From: a virus
Length of the DNA stretch: 64,000 bases
IMG/VR virus record: IMGVR_UViG_3300042449_001328
Location: 1 to 64,000 of that record
Direction: 5' to 3' (one strand)
The notes under the pieces are model-generated. The model saw only the letters and a list, made by a program, of their open reading frames with translations, had not been told where the DNA came from and made no database searches. The position numbers and the translations under genes were made by a program. Every line of letters starts with the position of its first letter. Positions within the stretch are counted from its first letter, which is position 1. This document shows positions 1 to 6,224 of this stretch, one piece after another.

Positions 1-187
1 TGCAGGAGAATTGTTGTATCAGTTCTGCGTCCTGATCATCTAGTATCAGATCAAAAGTTTCATCCAATATCCTATCGTCTTTTGCCTCAATAACACAATA
101 GTTATTGTCACCTATATTGAATACCTTGTTTGGTTTAAGCCAAGTGTGAGCAAGATTGTTATCTATTAGGTATTGCGAAATATTCAT
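1..187 (-). CDS. 5' part of a gene running off the window (MNISQYLIDNNLAHTWLKPNKVFNIGD...); possibly a replication gene such as a DNA polymerase
   Basis: Open frame from ATG at 187, overlapping the integrase stop (ATGA), to the window edge. Function guessed only from its position after helicase/primase. Confidence 0.55.
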   Translation of the reverse strand, partial: MNISQYLIDNNLAHTWLKPNKVFNIGDNNYCVIEAKDDRILDETFDLILDDQDAELIQQFSC

Positions 188-996
188 ATTGGCAATTGAA
201 CTTTGGATAATAATTTAGTGGATACATGTGTGTAAATTTCAGTGGTTTTTACATTACTATGCCCTGCTATCTTTTGTATCAACCTTAAATCAGTACCATT
301 TTCTAACAGGTGGGTAAATGAAGAATGCCTTAAATTATGGATACTGGTTTTTGTATCAATGTACTTTTTGTAAATCTGTTGACAGCTTCCTATTGAATAT
401 TTGGGTGAATTCTGGCCATTAAATAAAAATTCTACTGGTTTGTAATTTACAAAATAAAATCTAAGTAGCTTTAATACTGTTTCTGACAATGGAACTATTC
501 TATCCTTTCTACCTTTTGCATTGTTTATATGAATCAACATTCTTTTTGAATCAATATCGTTTATTTTTAAATTAACAATTTCTGACACCCTTAGCCCTAC
601 TGAATAAGCTAGGGTTAGTATCGTCTTATGTTTTAAATTTGGTATAATAGCTATCTTTCCTATTAAATCTTGTTGGTCTATTACCCTAGGCAACTTCTTT
701 TCGCCACGGGGTCTTTTTAGTTTATAAAATTTTTTAGGTTGAGATAATATCTTTTCATAATAAAACTTGATGCAATTAATGATCTGATTTTGTTTTGTTG
801 AAGACAATTCGCCATTGTCCAATAATTTATTCAAATAACCAACTATCTCATCATAAGAAATGTGCCTTACATTTTTATTTTCAAATGAGTTTACAAATTC
901 CTTAAAATAAGACAAATAAACTTTTATAGTGTTTTCTGAATAATTCATTCGTTGAAGTGTGGTAACATAATCTTCAAACAACTTTAAATTTTTCAT
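184..996 (-). CDS. Tyrosine recombinase, integron-integrase-like (SAM-like N-terminal domain plus catalytic domain)
   Basis: Catalytic residues R (GLRVSE), K (AKGRKDR), HxxR (HNLRH), H (AGH), Y (TEIYTH); N-terminal YSENTIKVY. No obvious IntI-specific insertion before box II. Confidence 0.92.
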   Translation of the reverse strand: MKNLKLFEDYVTTLQRMNYSENTIKVYLSYFKEFVNSFENKNVRHISYDEIVGYLNKLLDNGELSSTKQNQIINCIKFYYEKILSQPKKFYKLKRPRGEKKLPRVIDQQDLIGKIAIIPNLKHKTILTLAYSVGLRVSEIVNLKINDIDSKRMLIHINNAKGRKDRIVPLSETVLKLLRFYFVNYKPVEFLFNGQNSPKYSIGSCQQIYKKYIDTKTSIHNLRHSSFTHLLENGTDLRLIQKIAGHSNVKTTEIYTHVSTKLLSKVQLPI

Positions 997-1018
997 ATAG
1001 GATAGTGTTGGTAATCAA

Positions 1019-1213
1019 TTAGTTAAATGGACATTGATATATATGATTGTTGGTGGCAATGCCGCCCCGCTCCAATGGTGCTTCGGGCATGGAAGCTATT
1101 CCTAGCACCGCCCACGCTTCGGGGCGGCACTGTTCGCGCCAACGCGCAAAGGCCGACCCAAGCCCACCAACATGGGGTTTAAAACATAGGGCAACATTTA
1201 GCGCGTTTTTCAT
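1019..1213 (-). CDS. Small cassette ORF (starts in the loop of site 1, crosses the core as ...KPHVGG...)
   Basis: 64 aa ORF with the same geometry as the other cassette ORFs; GC-rich, coding status uncertain. Confidence 0.35.
   Translation of the reverse strand: MKNALNVALCFKPHVGGLGSAFARWREQCRPEAWAVLGIASMPEAPLERGGIATNNHIYQCPFN
1031..1062 (+). other. Putative attI-like primary recombination site
   Basis: Lone GTT core (GTTGGTGGCAATGC at 1049) just upstream of the integrase start, with no preceding hairpin arm. Its complement CCACCAAC (1164-1171) closes the first cassette. Confidence 0.55.
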
Positions 1214-1867
1214 AGGTAGTTTCGTGGGAAGGTTTTAGAATTAATTGCCGCCCACGCGCGAGAAAGAGATAACCCAAACAAACGGGTTTTCATTCCATGA
1301 TTGTTGACCGTTGACTTTTTCCCATAACATTTGCCATGCAAGTTTAGGTGTACTGGATGTTGGTGAGCAAGCCCCTTCCTTGTAGCAATCAGCAATAGAA
1401 ATACCTTGCAGTTTTTCTGCGCTTATATCTTCAATCCTTAACTTTATTCGGCAAGCCTGTTTTGGCATAAAAATGCTTGGTTTCCATCTCCACTCTTCCA
1501 TAGTTTCCCAATCAGGGTCTGTGGCCCTGTAAACATATCCGTTATCTTCTCCAGCAAAATCAACGTATTGCCATGTTTCACGCACCCAAAGTATGTCTCC
1601 AATTTGTCCGTATGGGCATTGTGTTTTGATTGATTCCCACCACTTCGGGTTACTGGCGGTTTCCATCCATCCACGAAACGGTTCCTTTACTATCCTTCTT
1701 GTTTGTGTTTTGCTGCCATCTAAAATAGCCCTTACCATTGACCCAGAAAATAAAATTGGGTGTTCCTTTGCCCGCCCTTCGGCAATTAATTCTAAAACCT
1801 GTTCGTTTTCCATAGTTATTTTATCTGTTTAGTTGCCCTACGATTTTAAACCCCTTATACATTATGC
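1165..1867 (+). repeat. attC-like site 1 with a giant (~635 bp) loop
   Basis: CACCAAC 1165-1171; arm GGGGTTTAAAACATAGGGCAAC 1174-1195 pairs with GTTGCCCTACGATTTTAAACCCC 1832-1854; ATTATGC 1861-1867. Confidence 0.75.
1241..1813 (-). CDS. ASCH/PUA-like phage protein
   Basis: EHPILFSGSMVRAILDGSKTQTRR, CPYG..GD.LWVRETW, WKPSIFMP and W..NPFVWVISF motifs of a widespread phage family. Confidence 0.8.
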   Translation of the reverse strand: MENEQVLELIAEGRAKEHPILFSGSMVRAILDGSKTQTRRIVKEPFRGWMETASNPKWWESIKTQCPYGQIGDILWVRETWQYVDFAGEDNGYVYRATDPDWETMEEWRWKPSIFMPKQACRIKLRIEDISAEKLQGISIADCYKEGACSPTSSTPKLAWQMLWEKVNGQQSWNENPFVWVISFSRVGGN

Positions 1868-2092
1868 GTAATGCTCCGAATACTTCTGTTCAAGTTCAAG
1901 CATTTTATCCCATATCTCTTGGTGGTGGACACTATCCCAAGCACATAATCTTGGACTTTTCTTTTTCTCTTGCAAAAATGCTTTCAGTTCATTGTAACAA
2001 TTAGCACTACGCATAACATCGGCTATACGCAATTGCTCTTCGTATTTTTCAACGGTTTCTTTTGCTTTTAAGTAATCTTCTTTTTTTATCAT
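1862..2092 (-). CDS. Cassette hypothetical protein
   Basis: 76 aa; start lies in the loop of site 2; stop lies in the ATTATGC core. Confidence 0.7.
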   Translation of the reverse strand: MIKKEDYLKAKETVEKYEEQLRIADVMRSANCYNELKAFLQEKKKSPRLCAWDSVHHQEIWDKMLELEQKYSEHYA

Positions 2093-2141
2093 TTTGTTTA
2101 ATTTTTAAGTTCGCAACTGCGTATAGCCGTAGCCGTTAGGC
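2011..2141 (+). repeat. attC-like site 2
   Basis: GCATAAC; CGGCTATACGCAATTGC 2020-2036 / GCAACTGCGTATAGCCG 2113-2129; GTTAGGC 2135. Confidence 0.85.
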
Positions 2142-2145
2142 ACAA

Positions 2146-2385
2146 TTAAACCCAACTCTTCCAATGTGTAGGTGTGTAATAAACATACATACTACCATCA
2201 GGCAACCACCAAAGTTTACCATCAAACTTTAATTCTTGTTCGTTCCTTGAACCGTTTTCATCTTCAATTTTGGTCATCATCACCCTATTTTTTGGTGGAT
2301 GCTCTTCTGAAATTTTTTTCCACATAATAAAATTAACTGTGCCTAACAACGTATATAATGGATACGCCAATAAGCGGTTATACAT
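2146..2385 (-). CDS. Cassette hypothetical protein (DUF551-like, W.....PP...PTHW)
   Basis: MWKKISEEHPP...YTPTHWK resembles the phage DUF551 family; the true start may be the internal Met. Confidence 0.65.
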   Translation of the reverse strand: MYNRLLAYPLYTLLGTVNFIMWKKISEEHPPKNRVMMTKIEDENGSRNEQELKFDGKLWWLPDGSMYVYYTPTHWKSWV

Positions 2386-2434
2386 TTATTTAAGTTTATC
2401 GGTGGCGTACCCATCATATACGCAACCGTTATAG
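2341..2434 (+). repeat. attC-like site 3
   Basis: GCCTAAC; CGTATATAATGGATACGCCA 2350-2369 / TGGCGTACCCATCATATACG 2403-2422; GTTATAG 2428. Confidence 0.85.
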
Positions 2435-2457
2435 GAAATTTTATTTTTCCCATCGCA

Positions 2458-2808
2458 CTACGAAAAGTGCGAGAAAATGAACAGATAAGGTTCTGCAATT
2501 GGTTCATCTTCTTTCAGCTCAAAAACTTCACGGTATTTTGATTTTACCTTTTCTGCGTCTAAATTTTTGAAATCCAAGTGGACAAAATCCCATCCTTCAT
2601 ATTTATCTCCACCGCTTTCAATCCGTATTCCAAATACGTTATATTGTCCACACATTCCATCGCTTACAAGTGTAAATTCTTCGCCTTGATGTCCTTCAAT
2701 CATTGGCAAAAATTTATCATCCGATAAATCAATTTTACCGTTTTCGTTTTTTAGTTCATAAGGTAATTTATACCCGTAAACAATGTAATCTGTTCTATCT
2801 ACTCCCAT
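2458..2808 (-). CDS. Cassette hypothetical protein
   Basis: 116 aa ORF filling the cassette between sites 3 and 4. Confidence 0.75.
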   Translation of the reverse strand: MGVDRTDYIVYGYKLPYELKNENGKIDLSDDKFLPMIEGHQGEEFTLVSDGMCGQYNVFGIRIESGGDKYEGWDFVHLDFKNLDAEKVKSKYREVFELKEDEPIAEPYLFIFSHFS

Positions 2809-2850
2809 TTTTAAATTTGTTTAAGCCAACCCACAAAAAATAAAACTATC

Positions 2851-2947
2851 CTATAACACGGGTTTGGCGTAATGCCACCAGATAGTTTGTGCCTAAATTT
2901 AAAGTTCGTGCAAGGTGGCACTAACGCCAAGCCCGAAATCGTTAGGC
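2851..2947 (+). repeat. attC-like site 4
   Basis: CTATAAC; CGGGTTTGGCGTAATGCCACC 2859-2879 / GGTGGCACTAACGCCAAGCCCG 2914-2935; GTTAGGC 2941. Confidence 0.85.
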
Positions 2948-2960
2948 ACAATAAAATTTG

Positions 2961-3185
2961 CTACCCAACGCACTCCCATTCAACATCAGGAAATTGTTCA
3001 GCAAATCTTTGTTTCTCCTCTGCCTGTCCCTGCTTTACTTCTTTCAATACCTGTTCTTTTGGTATTTCTAAACTTGGCTTATAATTGCTTATACAAAATG
3101 GGTTTCCAGCCCACAAGTTCCAATATTTACGCCCTTTCTTTAACCATGCGTAGTCAGCTATTTGTTCAAATCCTTTAAAATTCAT
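2961..3185 (-). CDS. Cassette hypothetical protein
   Basis: 74 aa ORF filling the cassette between sites 4 and 5. Confidence 0.7.
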   Translation of the reverse strand: MNFKGFEQIADYAWLKKGRKYWNLWAGNPFCISNYKPSLEIPKEQVLKEVKQGQAEEKQRFAEQFPDVEWECVG

Positions 3186-3204
3186 AATCGCAAATTTTAC
3201 AGAT

Positions 3205-3296
3205 GCCTAACATGCGGTAAAAGTAAGCCGCAGAAAGGCTGTTACTAAATTTGAGCAGTCTACAAAGCGGCCTACTCTTACCGCCAACCGTTAGTG
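3205..3296 (+). repeat. attC-like site 5
   Basis: GCCTAAC; GCGGTAAAAGTAAGCCGC 3214-3231 / GCGGCCTACTCTTACCGC 3267-3284; GTTAGTG 3290. Confidence 0.85.
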
Positions 3297-3302
3297 GTAA
3301 TG

Positions 3303-3524
3303 CTATAAACACACACCATTAAATGTGTTCAAATAGTTTTTGAACTTTATATAAACATCAAGCATATCGTCAACATGTATTTGTTGCTTATCAAAAACTA
3401 TTTTAGCACTACCTGTATCTAACACAACATTTGGTGGTGTTACCGTAAAAGCACTACCACTAACAGCAAGTATATTCAATTGCTCACTTTCTTGGTTATT
3501 TTCAATTTTATCTTTCATACCCAC
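3303..3524 (-). CDS. Cassette hypothetical protein
   Basis: 73 aa; start in the loop of site 6; crosses the arm and core as QLNILAVSGS. Confidence 0.65.
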   Translation of the reverse strand: MGMKDKIENNQESEQLNILAVSGSAFTVTPPNVVLDTGSAKIVFDKQQIHVDDMLDVYIKFKNYLNTFNGVCL

Positions 3525-3590
3525 TCTTATTTGTTAATTAAACTTTTGTTTTTCAAAGTCGCAACTAATTATACTTGCAACTCGTTAGCA
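3458..3590 (+). repeat. attC-like site 6
   Basis: CACTAAC; GCAAGTATATTCAATTGC 3466-3483 / GCAACTAATTATACTTGC 3561-3578; GTTAGCA 3584. Confidence 0.8.
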
Positions 3591-3594
3591 GCCA

Positions 3595-3846
3595 TTAAGG
3601 TAGCGTTTCCAATTCATCGTGACTAAATGTTAAACAAGCTATTGTCCCTTGCGGCACTTGTGGACAAAACTCACCCCACATATTCCATGCCTTGCCATCT
3701 TTTGCAACCACTTGACAAGCAATGAATCTATCATCAGGCAATCCTTCAAGTGCCTTTTTAAGAGTTCCAACCGTATGAAAATTAACGGCTGCTAACACAT
3801 TATTTGCGTCAGTGGGGGTTTCGTGCTTTTTAGAATCTGTCTGCAT
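3595..3846 (-). CDS. Cassette hypothetical protein
   Basis: 83 aa; start in the loop of site 7; crosses the core as DANNVLAA. Confidence 0.7.
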   Translation of the reverse strand: MQTDSKKHETPTDANNVLAAVNFHTVGTLKKALEGLPDDRFIACQVVAKDGKAWNMWGEFCPQVPQGTIACLTFSHDELETLP

Positions 3847-3922
3847 AATTTAAAAATTTGTACTGTTAATAATCTTTGGTGGTGTAACGCCCCACCGAAC
3901 GCAAATAATCGTAACGTTACCT
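3790..3922 (+). repeat. attC-like site 7
   Basis: TGCTAAC; ATTATTTGCGTCAGTGGGG / CCCCACCGAACGCAAATAAT (ends 3909); GTTACCT 3916. Confidence 0.8.
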
Positions 3923-3929
3923 GCAAGTG

Positions 3930-4142
3930 CTACATTTCGGTTTCAAATAAACTTGGTGCAGAAAAACTTTTATTAAAATTTCCCACTCTCTTATTTATAA
4001 TTTCAAAATACTTTTCGTCAATCTCATAACTCACAGTATCAAAACCTAATTCATTTGCAACTTTGCTTGTCGTTCCGCTTCCTCCAAACGGGTCAATAAT
4101 TGTTTCGCCTTCCTTTGCAGTTATCTGTATAAGATGGGTGTT
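3930..4142 (-). pseudogene. 5'-truncated DNA N4/N6-methyltransferase fragment
   Basis: Manual translation IQITAKEGETIIDPFGGSGTTSKVANELGFDTVSYEIDEKYFEIINKR...ETEM* (motif I DPFxGSGTT); in-frame stop upstream and no start codon. Confidence 0.8.
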
Positions 4143-4253
4143 TCAAACGCCCCCGCGCTGGTTTAATTTTAAAAAAGTTTTAGTTTGTATTTCATATTTA
4201 AGTTTGTGCTATGCCTGTTTCAGCAGCTACACTTGATACATTAGTGGCAAGTG

Positions 4254-4412
4254 CTACATATTGCTATCCAAAAGTTTTATGCTTCTGTATATCGGTATAA
4301 ATAAAAGCCAATAGGTTGTTACAAGATGTACCTCTAAATGAGATTTATCTTTAAAACCAGCATCAAAACTTTTCACATACATTTTTCTTTTGTGTTCTGT
4401 TCTTTTTATCAT
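4254..4412 (-). CDS. Small cassette protein (52 aa, below the ORF-track cutoff)
   Basis: MIKRTEHKRKMYVKSFDAGFKDKSHLEVHLVTTYWLLFIPIYRSIKLLDSNM* fills the cassette 4240-4444. Confidence 0.65.
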   Translation of the reverse strand: MIKRTEHKRKMYVKSFDAGFKDKSHLEVHLVTTYWLLFIPIYRSIKLLDSNM

Positions 4413-4437
4413 TTTCGTTTAATTTAACCGCACCAGC

Positions 4438-4571
4438 CACTAACATTGCATTGCAAAAAGCAGGGCTGACGTAATGCTTTCAACAATGGGAATACTATTA
4501 AACTTCACCTATAACGCATTGGGCAGACGTATTCCAATTCCCCTGCCTTCTGCAATGCTTTGCCGTTAGCG
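4438..4571 (+). repeat. attC-like site 9 (site 8 survives only as a right half, ATTAGTG at 4240)
   Basis: CACTAAC; GCATTGCAAAAAGCAGGG 4448-4465 / CCCTGCCTTCTGCAATGC 4541-4558; GTTAGCG 4565. Confidence 0.85.
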
Positions 4572-4577
4572 GCAACC

Positions 4578-4793
4578 CTAAACGACCGCAGTAAACGTGG
4601 TTAAAGATTTACGAACGGTTACTTCTTCGCCTTTTTCGACTTCATTGTAAGCAAGAATAGCTTTTGCCTTTCCTTTGGTAATTATACCACTTGCCCAAGT
4701 TTCATCTTGATGGGTAAGTTGCATTCTAAATTTCCCTTTTCGTTGAGATACTACATCGTAAATCTTTCCAACTTCTAAATTTTGATTTTCCAT
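4578..4793 (-). CDS. Cassette hypothetical protein
   Basis: 71 aa ORF filling the cassette 4565-4828. Confidence 0.7.
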   Translation of the reverse strand: MENQNLEVGKIYDVVSQRKGKFRMQLTHQDETWASGIITKGKAKAILAYNEVEKGEEVTVRKSLTTFTAVV

Positions 4794-4899
4794 TTTATTT
4801 TGATTTGTGAAGAAGGGCAGCCGCTAACAACGTGCTTGTGCCATTTAAAAATGCGTCAAAGTTCAGTGCCTTTAATCAAGTTCGGTGAGCAAAATAAAT

Positions 4900-5289
4900 T
4901 TAAACAACCCCACCGCACTCCTTCGTAGAAAGTTCGTGTTGCAATTGAAAGTACACGTCAAAGAGTAATTCAATTTCCTTTGCCCGTTCGACAATTTTTC
5001 CTTGTATAATCTCACGGAACTTGTCATAGTTTTCAGGCTCTATTTTATTATGCCAAGAGTGTTTCCATGTGTCCATATCAATTACTATTTTGATAAGTTC
5101 TTTTAAGGGGTCATCACCAAAACAATTTGGTTTCTCCCACCTTAATTCAAACCCGTCTTTGATAATGTACTCTTTGTCTCCTGAAAACGGTCTTACAATT
5201 TCGTAACGTTTCGCAGTCCCTTCAATTGTTGTACCTCTAAGGCCAACACCAATTTTACTAAGTTGGTTGATAAATTCTAAATGATCCAT
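4900..5289 (-). CDS. Hypothetical protein in the array
   Basis: 129 aa ORF. Confidence 0.7.
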   Translation of the reverse strand: MDHLEFINQLSKIGVGLRGTTIEGTAKRYEIVRPFSGDKEYIIKDGFELRWEKPNCFGDDPLKELIKIVIDMDTWKHSWHNKIEPENYDKFREIIQGKIVERAKEIELLFDVYFQLQHELSTKECGGVV

Positions 5290-5608
5290 CGCTCAAGTTG
5301 TTTAAATTTATTTTGTTTAGTATTTCAAATTAATATCGTGACACACAATCCAAAGCCTTGCTATCCGTGCCTAGTTTCGGGTTGGGTGCGCCAGCTGCTA
5401 ACAACGTGTTTGCCTCATGGCTGAAAGTGCTATTTGATATTTTTGTTTTCATCTATAAAATTTATCTGTTCAAAAATCTATCCGTTACCCACCGCATTAG
5501 AAACTACTAACTCATTTCCGGTGTGCTTCGTTTCTTTTTCCACTTGGCGGTATCATGTCTATTTTGCGCTTTACTCATCTCTATTTATTTAGTTCGTGTT
5601 CGGCCATT

Positions 5609-5863
5609 TTACTGACACATATTTGCGGCTACATTAGTTGTAATTCTACTCAACACCATTCTGTTTAAGATACTCATTGAACATACCTTTCTTTTAAGTC
5701 CTTCAATCATATAATCTTCTAACTGCTTGTTAAGTTGAGAAGAAAGCCTACCTATAACATCCGCTATAAGAATATTTGTTCTTTCTGCATTCATTGGTTG
5801 TAATTTAAAGTTAAGTAGTTCTAAATCCGCGTAATTGAAAAAGCGTCTGAGTTCGTATTTCAT
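5609..5863 (-). CDS. Probably chimeric or degenerate cassette ORF
   Basis: Crosses core 5752 as ILIADVIGR; the flanking cores are not complementary. Confidence 0.35.
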   Translation of the reverse strand: MKYELRRFFNYADLELLNFKLQPMNAERTNILIADVIGRLSSQLNKQLEDYMIEGLKRKVCSMSILNRMVLSRITTNVAANMCQ

Positions 5864-6008
5864 AAGTCAGTCCATATAGGTGTAGCCACAAAATTGTAAT
5901 CTCAATCGTTTACTTTTACAAAATGAGAATCGCCAGTCATTTTCATCAAAGCCGTAAAGGTCTCCTCTGTAAAGAATAAACTCGCATAGCCACTTTCCAT
6001 CTTGGTTA

Positions 6009-6224
6009 CTACAACAAAGGAATTTTGTGTATAAGTGTTTCATAATTTCGTTTACATTTGTTAGTGGCAGTTAACTCACCGCCAACATTGTGTTTGAGTA
6101 ATTTTCGTTCACGTTCCAAAACAACAGCTTCATCAAGTAATGAAACTATATATCTAACATCAATCATTGATACTTCGCCAATTTCTCCAGCTATCAATAT
6201 TTGTTCTTTAGTATATTTTTTCAT
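6009..6224 (-). CDS. Array-distal small ORF coupled to the primase stop
   Basis: ATG overlaps the primase TGA; crosses the cores as HNVGGELTATN. Confidence 0.55.
   Translation of the reverse strand: MKKYTKEQILIAGEIGEVSMIDVRYIVSLLDEAVVLERERKLLKHNVGGELTATNKCKRNYETLIHKIPLL

Larger units (their letters stand above)
1049..6086 (+). mobile_element. Integron-like gene cassette array (about 13 complete or partial attC-like sites)
   Basis: Repeated ...AAC [arm] loop [arm'] GTT... units. Each inter-site segment begins GTT/ATT-N(5-12) and ends with its reverse complement. Confidence 0.85.
4822..6086 (+). repeat. Degenerate or half attC-like sites 10-13
   Basis: Cores CGCTAAC 4822, TGCTAAC 5396 (partial arm ATGGCTGAA/TTCGGCCAT, ATTAGTT 5633), CTATAAC 5752, GTTAGTG 6060, CGCCAAC 6080. 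Partner arms are missing or poor. Confidence 0.55.

Noticed and set aside
184-996. Ordinary prophage integrase marking a prophage end
   Set aside because: It is short (no arm-binding domain), translationally coupled to a further gene, and adjacent to the cassette array. No host genes or att duplication are visible.
1049-6086. CRISPR array, or a shufflon-type inversion system
   Set aside because: The repeats are not identical direct repeats with uniform spacers. All cargo ORFs share one orientation, which argues against inversion. Hairpin sites with cassette-specific ends fit excision/integration better.
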